NCBI GenBank assembly: GCA_964558145.1
Contig: CAZLDP010000001.1
Location: 1-34,137, forward strand
Direction: 5' to 3'
DNA from: an uncultured Prolixibacteraceae bacterium
Lineage (GTDB): Bacteria > Bacteroidota > Bacteroidia > Bacteroidales > Prolixibacteraceae
Length of the DNA: 34,137 nt
The translations under genes were made by a program, and so were the position numbers. Positions within the stretch are counted from its first letter, which is position 1. Every line of letters begins with the position of its first letter. The notes below the pieces were generated by a model that had not been told where the DNA came from, did no database searches, and worked only from the letters and a program-made list of their open reading frames with translations. Shown piece after piece: positions 10,033-20,122 of the stretch.

Positions 10033-10070
10033 TCTCTTTTTTTTGTTGATGGTTTTTTTAGATTTGATTT

Positions 10071-10109
10071 GTTCTTTTTTCAAGTTCTTTTTTCAAGTTC
10101 TTTTTTCAA
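10071..10109. repeat. Perfect 13-bp tandem repeat x3 (GTTCTTTTTTCAA)
   Basis: Units at 10071, 10084 and 10097. Confidence 0.9.
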
Positions 10110-10379
10110 GTAGTAGAACTGCTTTTTGGATTAGAATACAGGAAAGTTAAGGATGCTCTTTCCTCCTCGTATTCATATTTGTATTGCTCAAAGAATTCAT
10201 CTGTCTTTGCTACAGAAATAAAATTCCTCGTTTTATCACTACTGAATAGTCGAGTGCCATGTTTGAGAAATAAAACCTGTTTTAACCATACAATATTGCT
10301 GATAATAGAATTAATTGTACGGTTTTTCCGTACGTATATAGTTTGGTTGAAAAATCAATGAGAAACCAAAAATACTGAC

Positions 10380-11830
10380 ATGAAAATTCAAATTGTTTTA
10401 ATCCTATTTATTCTTTTCTTGGTTGGGTGTGCAAATTATTCTGACAAGAAAAATTTTACGATTAATTTAGATATTCAAGATACTACAAGAAAAGAAATTG
10501 CCATTGGTTACAAAAAGAATATTGGATTATCAAGCGTGACTGAATATATTCCTGTAAAATCGAAAGATTCAATACAATTCGTAATTGATAGTATTAATCA
10601 ACCATTTACAGCATACATCAACATCGATGAAATCCAACTCCCGATATGGGTTGAACCAAATTCAAATTTAAATATTGTATTCGCAAAAGACACTATTTTC
10701 TTTTCAGGTAAGAGTAAAATTTTTGCCGACTATTATTTAAAATCAAGAAAATATTGGACGGGCATATATAATGGATATGAAATAAGAAATCCTGTATTAG
10801 AGGGAAGGCCAAGTGGATTTGAGTATTTTAATGTTCAGGATTCAATCACAATTGACAGATTAAATTTTCTCGAATCATTTTTTGCAAATCAAAATACATC
10901 TTCAACCAAACAATTCATTGAACATGAAAAAATAACTTATTTTATACGGACATATTTTACAAGATTTCAGGATTAACATCACTAAACGATTTTAATTTTT
11001 ATCAAAAGGCGAAAAATGAACCTTCTGATACTTATTTAAGATTTACCAATGAATTTGAATTTAATAATCCAGATCTTTTTAATATTGCTCACTACAGACG
11101 CTGTTTTGAATGGCTCCCGAGTAAATATATTAAAAGTAACGGGCTTGACTATTATAAGAATATAGAGGAAGCATACGATTTTGTTATCTCTCTTTCTCAA
11201 CATGAGTTGTGCAAAAAATATATTGAAGTTATTCTTTTAAACAATTTTATAGAAGATTCAAAAGAAACTCTGAATTACTCTTTAAACAGTTTAATTGAGA
11301 AAAGATTTACCATATTGGAACAAAATAAGGGAGGTATTAAAACCTATTTGAGCATTCTTCAAAATAAATACATTGAATTACTGGAAAGTGAGAAGAAATC
11401 AAAGGAATATATAAGTCTTTTAGAAAATGAAAAATATTCAGAAGGAATTAAATTGAGAGATTTTTCATCAAATAAAAATGCTGATTTTTTAAAAACAATA
11501 ATTCAGCAATATCCGGGAAAAGTTTTATATATTGATATTTGGGCTCCTTGGTGTGGACCATGCATGCAGGAAATGTTTTTTTCAAATGAATTACAAAAAA
11601 AATATGAAAATGCAGATATTGAATTTATTTTCCTTATTGAAAAACAACCCATAACATTTTGCAAATTGCATTGCGAGGTTCGTGCAGCGCTTTGTTTTCT
11701 TTCCTTTCTTGGTTGTCATGTCCTATCGGACACTGATGCTCTTCAATATCCAAAACGACAACTTGCAAGTGAACGTTATGGGCAATCGGACGGTGCGACA
11801 TGTAGTTTATTGTGTATTCAGGAACCTTAG
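10380..11830 (+). pseudogene. TlpA-family thiol-disulfide reductase lipoprotein, frameshifted and C-terminally truncated
   Basis: Lipobox LVGC; one extra A in the A6 run at 10927-10932 joins ORFs 10380..10976 and 11207..11830; GKVLYIDIWAPWCGPCMQE; homology ends near 11640 where an inverted-repeat element begins. Confidence 0.8.
11648..11782. repeat. attC-like imperfect inverted repeat (135 bp)
   Basis: CCCATAAC (11648) ... GTTATGGG (11775) are perfectly complementary; inner arms TTGCAAATTG / CAACTTGCAA with an asymmetric bulge. Confidence 0.6.
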
Positions 11831-11949
11831 TAACTTATAATAAACTGTGGCACAGATATTGAAGATCATCGTTAATGATGAACATCTGATACCCTTGGAT
11901 TTAAGGTATGAAAACAATTTACAATATTCCACTGTTAGTAACTATTATA

Positions 11950-12921
11950 ATGAGAACAGCAATTACATCCCTATTGGTTTTTGTATCAATAAGCATTTTT
12001 GCTCATGAGGATACCTATAAAGCAATTCAATTAAGTAATTTGCATTTGAAAATTATGGTAGGCTATGAAGATTCTTATCAATTAAAGATTGCTGAATCTT
12101 ATGCTCCTTTGATCAATGACTTCATAAAAGAAATAGACTCTACTCAAAAAGTATTTATTCAATTTGAGGAAGATTATTGTGCATTAAAAGATGAATATTA
12201 CCTTTTATCAGTTGGTTCATTTAAGAATTCGGTTATTCCTTTAGGATTTCCTTTTTCTTACCCCTATGACTTGGGATACATCGATACCGAGTATGGAATT
12301 AATATAATTCTCAAAAATGATGACTTTAAACTATTTCCTATTCTTAAATTAATTTCATACGGATTGAGGAATAATGAATATATTCTGGAAAACCAGAATT
12401 TTTTTGAACTTGATTCAGAGAATATTCATCCAATTACAAATACAATAATGAATAGGGATTATTCAAAACGGATAAAATCTATTGGTTTGGAGACTATTGA
12501 TTCATTGATTAATTGCAAAGAGACAGAGACTGAGTTTAAATATCTTTCACGGAAAATCCCGTTAAAAGATCTTAACGATTATGGATTTCAAATTATACTA
12601 CGCGATGATTCGGTAGTAATTGCAAATGAGACTGATGAAAATATTTTTAAGATTTCAGGTTTGCAATGCATAGCTAAAGAACAGCAGAGTCATAGTTTCT
12701 TTATTTTTAACTCGGAGAATACTTTTTATCACCTTGACAGCATAAAAGGAAACATAAGTAAAGAATGCAAATTGACATTTAGTATAAAAAGAAGTTGTAA
12801 GAATATTGTCTATATTACTTATGACGTTGAAAAGGAATTGTACGAAATTAGTAATGGATATCCTGGAACAAACAGCACGGTAAATTGTTATAGTAGGGGA
12901 GGAGGGATGATAAAAAATTAA
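11950..12921 (+). CDS. Hypothetical secreted protein (AT-rich, cassette-like)
   Basis: ORF track starts at 11908; ATG 11950 gives a clean signal peptide MRTAITSLLVFVSISIFA; no family recognised. Confidence 0.7.
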   Translation: MRTAITSLLVFVSISIFAHEDTYKAIQLSNLHLKIMVGYEDSYQLKIAESYAPLINDFIKEIDSTQKVFIQFEEDYCALKDEYYLLSVGSFKNSVIPLGFPFSYPYDLGYIDTEYGINIILKNDDFKLFPILKLISYGLRNNEYILENQNFFELDSENIHPITNTIMNRDYSKRIKSIGLETIDSLINCKETETEFKYLSRKIPLKDLNDYGFQIILRDDSVVIANETDENIFKISGLQCIAKEQQSHSFFIFNSENTFYHLDSIKGNISKECKLTFSIKRSCKNIVYITYDVEKELYEISNGYPGTNSTVNCYSRGGGMIKN

Positions 12922-12925
12922 TAAC

Positions 12926-13050
12926 AGTTGCTGACACGCAATATAGACAATGGCGGGGGTTGTGGAAATTGTAGTGTTTTGTCCCGCATCAATTTAGCTC
13001 AAAGGAGAAAGTCATTCATCCTATGGGCGCCGGAGAATATATTTAATGCG
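12926..13050. repeat. Degenerate attC-like element (left arm clear, right arm decayed)
   Basis: AGTTGCTGAC 4 nt after the stop is 8/10 complementary to GTTAGTAACT (11934-11943) just before the ATG; followed by GCAATATAGACAATGGCGGG. Confidence 0.45.
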
Positions 13051-13114
13051 ATATATGTAATATGTGCTTCCAAATGCCTATGGAGGGGAAAAGTGCCTTG
13101 AAAAGGGGGATGGG

Positions 13115-13315
13115 TTATATGGCCATTTTCACAATCCAAGATGCACTCCATACTAACTTCCAGGGTATTCCATGACGTGTAGCTTTCTCCCAGCCATGAT
13201 TATGCCTCGAAATTCTTTCATGCAGATTATCAGTCTGCCCTTTATAAAATAATAGACATCTGCAGAAGGTGAATACAGAATGTAAACGAAGTAAGACATA
13301 AAAAAGGAAGCCCAA
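13115..13315 (-). pseudogene. GIY-YIG nuclease superfamily small-protein fragment
   Basis: FYKGQTDNLHERISRHNHGWEKATRHGIPWKLVWS matches the YxG-T-L-R-HN-G...T...PW-LV core; N-terminus altered and C-terminal E-xxK helix missing. Confidence 0.7.
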
Positions 13316-13411
13316 ACTTCCTTTTAGAAATACAGGGCGCTTACTTTAGAAAATGGAGAATGCTGTTGTTAAACCAATAGTTTGCAAGATAAATCATATA
13401 AATTCACCTGT

Positions 13412-16033
13412 TTACCGGACAACAAGGATTTTATTTCTCAATACATCAAACCAATCCTGTGCTGATGGAAAGCATGGAAACTGATGCCCGCGAAGCCAGT
13501 CACCCTGGATGTAGTAAGTAATGGGAACTCCTTTTTTGCAATCAAGCACTACCCGGTGTTCCTTCGGTTGGTCGTCGAAACGGAGGAAGTGTGCAGGAGG
13601 GAAAATGATTCCCATACCTATCCATCCGATCTCTGGATCTTGGAATCCCCACGAACTGAGGACACCGGCATCCTTATCGGCAAAAAACGTCTCGTCCGGC
13701 AACCGCACCAAGCCGATTCCCAATTCGATTTTATCACTTGGAGCGCCGCCATCCACCGTCGCTTCGACCGATGAGTGAAGATCCCCGGCGCCGATCGAAG
13801 GACGCAGCCGGACGGTGTAGGGAGCGTTTTCAGGACCGACCCCTTCAGCAATAAATTCAAGCGTAACTTTGTCACGAGTCTCCTCATCCAATCGGCAGTT
13901 AAAAGTAGGATTCCCTTTGCCTGTTTCATTGCGTACAGGATAAGGCACACCGTTCACATAGAGTATAACCCCACCGCAACCTGCTGTTTCTCCCACGTGC
14001 AGAATATCCATTCCCCACCCATTCTGGTCGATATGATAACTTTTGCCTTCTGCTATTTTCGGCATGATCAACGAATCGATCCACTGACGCTTACCGAAGA
14101 GGTCGAAATGACCCAGGTAAAAGCGGAAGGCTGCTTTTTCCGATTCCCATCCCCAGTTGGGCGGAAGCCATTGGTTGTTCCATGCCACGCGCGGCTTATC
14201 CTCTTCCTTGCGCAACCGGCCCGCCCAGGCGTGAAAGTCCTCTTCGTGCCCACCTGTTTTGAAATGCTTCGCGACGGCTTTGGCCATGGACTGGGTATCT
14301 CCTTTACTGCGGGCAGCGTTGAATTTTTTCCAGAAAGAGTTGTTTTTGTACCCTGATTTTTTCAGCCGGTCAATTTGTCGGTCCTGCACCAGCGTGAGGT
14401 AAAACAAGATGGATTGGTCGCTGTTGATAAGGCGACGTGCAATTTCGTCCGAAACATTATCACCCTTCATGCGGTTTTCAAGTAAATTCCACACCGCATC
14501 CTTTTCCATTCCTCCTTTCAAGGTTCGGAGCGCTGTCGTAAGCGCCATTACCAGGTTGTATTTTTTTTCCGGTTCGGCTTTCAATATGGGTGTTAATGCA
14601 CTGCTTAATTCATTGAATGTCCAACTCACCGATTTTACCTTTGATACATTAACAGGATAGGAATCATCCGTTATGCCGTCGCCATCCGTGTCTATATCAA
14701 TCCTGTCCATCACGCCGTCTTGGTCGGTATCCATCCAAAGGTAGCTCATGTCCAATTTTGTATCGTAATCAAAATCTACCTTGATCCAGGTCCTGTCGCT
14801 GTTTTGGAAATGGATGCGGTGATCGGCGGGATTGAAATAGTATGTATTGGGGCCGGTGGGATGAAGCACCAATTCGTAGCGCTTGTTATATGGGCCGCAA
14901 TCCGGACCGCCAATACGGGGCATATAATATCCCGAATCGGTGGATTCGGCGTTGATCACTCCTTCCCAACGTTCGATAATATCTTTTGGATCGTTAAAAG
15001 CGATATTCAGGTTATTTTCATTCCAGGTCATCAAAAGACGTTCCCACGTAACGGTTTGCAAATATTCACGGGCCGAAGATCGTTTCAATACCGGGCCGGT
15101 GGGGATGCCCCGAAGGGTGAAATTTTCCGTTTGCTCTTGCGGCAAAAACATAGTGAAATTGCTTCCCCATCCTTTCTCTTGTGTCCATCCTTTCGCGCAT
15201 GCCGAAAAAGATACATCGAAATCTCTTTGCTTTCCCGCTACCGGGTTAACGTTAAAACTCCACCGGAGAGTTCTTACCGTTTCCTCATTCCCTTCTACAC
15301 GAATTACCTCTTCACTGATGCCGTCGTTATCGGAATCATAAAAAAGGAACGGGTTTTCAAAATACGGAATCCATTTATCTTGTTCGGAATTCAGGTAATA
15401 AACAACAAAACTTTCGTTTCCGCCGAAATGGGAGTGGTTCTGGCAAGGAATCTGATAATAGACGTAATCCATATCGTAATCCAACAGGTTGTCGTCCCCG
15501 TCATCGGTGGAAACAAGCGTCCGTAATCCGTCGAAAGGAACACGCCAGTTTTTCTTTCCGTAAGTGAACCATTCCATCACGTCGAGATCCCCGTCTTCAT
15601 CAAGATCGCAGTAGCTGATCACGGCATCGACCAATCCATCGGCATGCCAGTCAGCGATCCAGAGGTCACCAAATTTTTCGGGTTCCTTGCCCATCTCGAG
15701 GTTGCCGTTCTCGTCAATTACTTTGACCAGTATCGGTTTTTTCGCTTCCGTGTGGCGCGGCTCGGTATCGATAAACCATACCTCCTCCGGTTTCCCGTCA
15801 CCGTCCTTGTCCAGGTAGTGGCGCTTTCCCGGCGTGTCATTCTTTACTTTTGTCACCATGGCAGGATCCAACCTCACGACATCGCCGAAAACCTGCTCAA
15901 AAGCCTTTTGTTTCACCATCTTTTCCGCATCTTGCGCAAGTACGGTCGTGGTGTAAAGGCAGCAAATGGAAATCATCCAAAGAAAAGCGATACCGAAGCG
16001 TAATCGATTTCTGTTTAACAATTTCGGTGTCAT
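13412..16033 (-). CDS. Large secreted protein with DxDGD Ca-binding-like repeats and C-terminal DUF4861-like domain (paralog A)
   Basis: Signal peptide; DKDGDGK, DLDEDGD, DSDNDG, DTDQDG, DTDGDG; WGWESEKAAFRFY...DLFGKR...YHID..GWGMDILHVG..AGCGG. Confidence 0.75.
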   Translation of the reverse strand: MTPKLLNRNRLRFGIAFLWMISICCLYTTTVLAQDAEKMVKQKAFEQVFGDVVRLDPAMVTKVKNDTPGKRHYLDKDGDGKPEEVWFIDTEPRHTEAKKPILVKVIDENGNLEMGKEPEKFGDLWIADWHADGLVDAVISYCDLDEDGDLDVMEWFTYGKKNWRVPFDGLRTLVSTDDGDDNLLDYDMDYVYYQIPCQNHSHFGGNESFVVYYLNSEQDKWIPYFENPFLFYDSDNDGISEEVIRVEGNEETVRTLRWSFNVNPVAGKQRDFDVSFSACAKGWTQEKGWGSNFTMFLPQEQTENFTLRGIPTGPVLKRSSAREYLQTVTWERLLMTWNENNLNIAFNDPKDIIERWEGVINAESTDSGYYMPRIGGPDCGPYNKRYELVLHPTGPNTYYFNPADHRIHFQNSDRTWIKVDFDYDTKLDMSYLWMDTDQDGVMDRIDIDTDGDGITDDSYPVNVSKVKSVSWTFNELSSALTPILKAEPEKKYNLVMALTTALRTLKGGMEKDAVWNLLENRMKGDNVSDEIARRLINSDQSILFYLTLVQDRQIDRLKKSGYKNNSFWKKFNAARSKGDTQSMAKAVAKHFKTGGHEEDFHAWAGRLRKEEDKPRVAWNNQWLPPNWGWESEKAAFRFYLGHFDLFGKRQWIDSLIMPKIAEGKSYHIDQNGWGMDILHVGETAGCGGVILYVNGVPYPVRNETGKGNPTFNCRLDEETRDKVTLEFIAEGVGPENAPYTVRLRPSIGAGDLHSSVEATVDGGAPSDKIELGIGLVRLPDETFFADKDAGVLSSWGFQDPEIGWIGMGIIFPPAHFLRFDDQPKEHRVVLDCKKGVPITYYIQGDWLRGHQFPCFPSAQDWFDVLRNKILVVR

Positions 16034-16038
16034 AGATT

Positions 16039-17217
16039 TTATTTGATAAGCAATGTTTCTTTCATTTTATGCAGAACGGTCTCGTTGGCCTCTATCAGAT
16101 GTTCCGTTGAACCCGCCCTATGCCACTCCGTAATCCTGTCCTGATGGTAAAACGGCTCGGGGGTCAGGTTTTCATTGGATAGGGAGGAGATAATGTTGGC
16201 CACATAGTTGTTCTTTTCGGCGACTAAAACCAATTGGGCATATAAGAGATTGTACTGCCGGATTTGTTGGTTGATTGTTTTGATATATTGGGTAGGGTTA
16301 TAGGAAGAAACATCCGTTTTTTCCAATATTTCTTCTACTACTTTTCCTGCTCCGCCACCGGTGTTCGGGGCTTTCACGCCCAGTAGCAGGGCGATCGTTG
16401 GCGCCAGGTCGGTATGCTCAAAGTATGGGAGCTCACGTCCCCGGGCAATCCCGTTTCCAGTAAAAACCAACGGGGTCACCCAGCTATCTTCGTCCAACAT
16501 GGGATGCCACCCCACCATACTTTGCCCGTGATCGGAGGTTACAATCAAAACGGTACTCTCCCATTTTCCTCTCTTTTTCAGGTAATCGATCAACTGTCCC
16601 AGAAGCCTGTCGGCATTCTCAATGGCATCGACATAGGGGGAACCTTCACCGAAAATATCTCTCGCGTAAGGCTTCCCTTCACTGAACATGGCTATTCTCG
16701 TGCCGATGGAGCCTGGGCTTTGCAGGTGGACGCGCATAAAACAGATCTGCTGGCTTTCAAGCAAATAGATGGCCTGTTGCACCGTCTGATCATCCGTCAG
16801 CGAGTTATCCATGATGCAAGTAGAGAAGCCCCTTCCCACGGAACGATAGGCGGTCGTGTTCACCACGAATGCCGACTGCCGCTTCGGGGAGATCATCTCC
16901 TGGATCATTTTATTCTTAGGGTTCAGGAAGAGGGTGCCTTCATGCAGCATCGGGTTGGGAAAGGAGCAACTGTTTGACAGGCTGTAATCCCCCACCGTGG
17001 GGTGATGGGGAATAATCATGTACGACTTCCTCACATAAGTTCCCTCTTTTATCAGGGAATTGAGTACCGGCATATTCAATTTCTCCGGCGCTTGCCAGTG
17101 CAATCCGTCAATCATGAACAAGATCACCCTTTCGGGTTCCTTCGCCGATAAAGTCGAAATATTCACCGACAAAGCATACAAAAGAAACGATACCCATACA
17201 AAATGAATTCTGCTCAT
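16039..17217 (-). CDS. Secreted alkaline phosphatase/phosphodiesterase superfamily metalloenzyme
   Basis: VILFMIDGL; Y..AI..AD.LLGQL; LIVTSDHG; DLAPTIA.LLG. Confidence 0.8.
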   Translation of the reverse strand: MSRIHFVWVSFLLYALSVNISTLSAKEPERVILFMIDGLHWQAPEKLNMPVLNSLIKEGTYVRKSYMIIPHHPTVGDYSLSNSCSFPNPMLHEGTLFLNPKNKMIQEMISPKRQSAFVVNTTAYRSVGRGFSTCIMDNSLTDDQTVQQAIYLLESQQICFMRVHLQSPGSIGTRIAMFSEGKPYARDIFGEGSPYVDAIENADRLLGQLIDYLKKRGKWESTVLIVTSDHGQSMVGWHPMLDEDSWVTPLVFTGNGIARGRELPYFEHTDLAPTIALLLGVKAPNTGGGAGKVVEEILEKTDVSSYNPTQYIKTINQQIRQYNLLYAQLVLVAEKNNYVANIISSLSNENLTPEPFYHQDRITEWHRAGSTEHLIEANETVLHKMKETLLIK

Positions 17218-17231
17218 GTTATTATCTTATT

Positions 17232-18350
17232 TTACAATTTAATAAAAATCTTCCGTCTATACATATAATAGCAGATTCCCCAGACCATCAAGGCCACTAC
17301 CACAATCGTCGCCATGTTGATCACCATATCGCCTCCCCAATTGAAAAGACGGTACGTGAACGGACGGGCCATTCGGGTAAGCAGATTTTTTCCGCCGAGG
17401 CTGCTAAAAAGGTAAATAAAAATAGGATTCATACCCACGATGGCAAAGAAGGTGGCAATCTTCCTGAAGCGGAGTATATCCACAAAGAGATAGGACAATC
17501 CCATCGCCAACAAACACCAACCACCGCTGAAAATAACAAAAGAACTGGTACTGATACGCTCTATCATGGGTATATATAAGCCCAGCAAATACCCGCCCAT
17601 GATCCCGGCGATCCCGGCAGAAAGCATAATCAATAGTTTTTTCTTTCGGGACCAATTCGTCATTAATAATTTGCCGGTACAGACGCCCCAAAGGATGTGG
17701 GCACAGGTTGGGACTGCATTGAATGTGACCCAATGGCCGGGATGAATGTGACCCACTGTGACCGAATCGAACCATGTCCCAAAATTATGACCGGGCGTGT
17801 AGGCCATATTGTATCCTTCCACCGGCCAAAACTGATAAAGCAGATCGGAGACCAGTATCAGCGCAAAAGAAACCAGCAGTTGCCATTTGACATTTTTTTG
17901 CAACAGCAAAAAGGCAAACACGTACACCAATGCCAATTGGGGAAGGATATTGGTTAAATAATAGGCATTGTCTTTTGCTCCCAGCATAAAACCAAGCAGA
18001 AGCAACCAGAAGGAACGTTTCAAGGCATGGATAAACGATTGCTTCCAGCTATCGCCACGGGCAAGCCTTTTTGAAAGTGAGAAGGGCATGGCGACACCTA
18101 CAATAAACATAAAAAATGGTTGTATCAGGTCCCAGAAATAGATCTCGAACCAGTCGCCATGATGGGAGTGTTTCTCGATCCAGGCGATAAACGCGCCTCC
18201 TTGCCCCTGTTCCGTCATTTGGTGAAACAGTGTTGCTATTCCCGATACCAGGATAAACATCACCAATCCCCGGAAGAAGTCGATGGAGAGGATTCTTCCC
18301 TGTTCCTTGCTCAAGCCGGTAACTGCATCGGTTATCTGATTTGAACTCAT
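17232..18350 (-). CDS. HGSNAT/NagX-like (DUF5009) multi-pass membrane acyltransferase
   Basis: RILSIDFFRG; H..W...FWDLIQPFFMFIVGVAMPFS; GMNPIFIY; many TM segments. Confidence 0.85.
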   Translation of the reverse strand: MSSNQITDAVTGLSKEQGRILSIDFFRGLVMFILVSGIATLFHQMTEQGQGGAFIAWIEKHSHHGDWFEIYFWDLIQPFFMFIVGVAMPFSLSKRLARGDSWKQSFIHALKRSFWLLLLGFMLGAKDNAYYLTNILPQLALVYVFAFLLLQKNVKWQLLVSFALILVSDLLYQFWPVEGYNMAYTPGHNFGTWFDSVTVGHIHPGHWVTFNAVPTCAHILWGVCTGKLLMTNWSRKKKLLIMLSAGIAGIMGGYLLGLYIPMIERISTSSFVIFSGGWCLLAMGLSYLFVDILRFRKIATFFAIVGMNPIFIYLFSSLGGKNLLTRMARPFTYRLFNWGGDMVINMATIVVVALMVWGICYYMYRRKIFIKL

Positions 18351-18362
18351 CTCTTGATCTTA

Positions 18363-19934
18363 TTATCTCTTTTTTGGCCCTGCGACTTCCGGACTTAAAT
18401 CGGGATTTTTGTAATCGAAGAAAACGATGCCTGATTTTTTGTAAAATTCCATCATCTTCTCCATTCGCGAATTGAAGTTCTCGTAATTTTTCCCCACATC
18501 TTGTGTCCATGCAGCTTCTGCCAACGCCGACAGCCGGGGATATACCATAAACTGCAACCGCTCGGGAGAATGAATAACTTCCGTCCACACATTTCCTTGC
18601 ATTCCTTTAATCAACGGTGTGGCCACGGATATGCCCGAGGTATAATCCGTGCCGGGGAAATGGTAGACCCTTTCTATGGGTGCGTACTCGCCTTTCGACC
18701 ATTTCCGGCCGTATTTATGCGATGGATGTTGGACGAAATCCAAATAAAGCGGCAACCGCGGACACAGCACGATTTCGTATCCTTTACTTAACGCTTTTTC
18801 AAGTTGTTCAGGCCTCTCCTGGCGCCACCACATGACCACTGTTTTGGATACAGGCAAGCCGGCAGTAACCACTTCATCCCAACCCATAACGGTTTTGTCC
18901 AAAGAGCGGATGGAGTCCGACATCCTGTTCAGGAAGTAATGTTCCACCGCTACCAGGTTTTCGAGACCCATCGTTTTCATGAGTTCCTGTATTTCAGGCA
19001 GGTAATTCCACTGTTCATTGCCGAAATGGACCTCATCTCCGCCTATATGGATATACTTTGAAGGGAAAAGAGAGGTTATCTCTTTTAGTATATTTGTCAG
19101 AAACGTATAGGTACCCTCTTTCCCCGGGTTGAAAGTAAAATTGGGATATTGTTTTGAACCGCCGCCACTGAACTCAGGGTATGCTTTCACGGCAGAAGTG
19201 GCATGTCCCGGCATATCGATTTCGGGAATGACTTCGATAAACCGGTCTGCCGCATATTGTACAATTTCAGCTATTTCAGCCTGGGTGTAAAATTGAGCCG
19301 GAGCATCCGGATCGGTGAGGTTGCCGATTGCTCCGACGGAAGTAAGCAGGGGGTACTGCTTGATTTCAATTCTCCACCCCTGAGCGTCGGTAAGGTGCCA
19401 GTGAAATTTATTCAATTTGTGCAACGCCATGAAATCGAGCAATTTTTTCACCTCTTTCATCCCTATAAAGTGCCTTGATTAATCCAACATCAAGCCGCGC
19501 CAGCCATATCGGGGATTATCGCGGATAACGGCACATGGAATGGAGCCTCCTGTCCCGGCTCCATTAATCATCTGAAAAACCGACTGCAATCCGTAAAAAC
19601 AGCCGTTTGCACATCCGGCTTCCACAACAATGCCTGCGGGGGAAACTGTCAACCGGTATTCTTCGGGATTGTGGCAGACGGCGTTTCTGACTAATTGTAT
19701 CCATCCCTTTTTCCTTGTTTTCTTTGCCAGAACGGAAAAATTTTGTAAACCTTCTATACATCCGGGAATCAGGGAGTTGAACTCTCCCGATTCGGCCGAG
19801 ACAGTGATTACTTTTGGGATAATTAATTTACCCTCCCGCTGTTCGTAATGATTGGGATAAGGGATTATTTCCTGAGAGTGAACCCCTAAAAATGAGAATA
19901 GAAGCAAAACCAATGCGGTAAAATATTTCATCAT
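18363..19934 (-). pseudogene. GH20 beta-N-acetylhexosaminidase interrupted by one in-frame TAA (19481-19479)
   Basis: Both ORFs share a frame: PRYGWRGLMLD*SRHFIGMKEVKK; HWHLTDAQGWR, PEIDMPGH and catalytic HIGGDE intact. Confidence 0.9.
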
Positions 19935-20122
19935 ATTGAAAAGTTTTATGATTGATTATAGTTTTAAAAATAAGAGTGAGGCACAGCTTTCCTCTATTTA
20001 TTACATGACAATTATTCAACTTAAAATGGGACAAACAGAACGTTAATTTTTATCAAAAAATCAGATTGAAGATAGTAATGGAAATTTAATTACAGCAGTC
20101 TCCCATATTGCTTTCAGTATGT

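Noticed and set aside
10071-10109. Possible CRISPR array
   Set aside because: 13-bp units abut with no spacers; no cas genes in the window
10110-10361. Small ORF 10179..10361 and possible minus-strand gene debris
   Set aside because: TTG start, no motif, fragments too short to assign
13484-16003. Long + strand ORFs (e.g. 13775..14356, 14720..15526) and similar antisense ORFs elsewhere
   Set aside because: Shadows of well-supported genes on the opposite strand, with no recognisable motifs
6483-19481. Stop-codon reassignment or readthrough to explain two in-frame TAA codons
   Set aside because: Many intact genes here end at TAA (e.g. 1673, 10032, 12921), so point mutation or error is simpler
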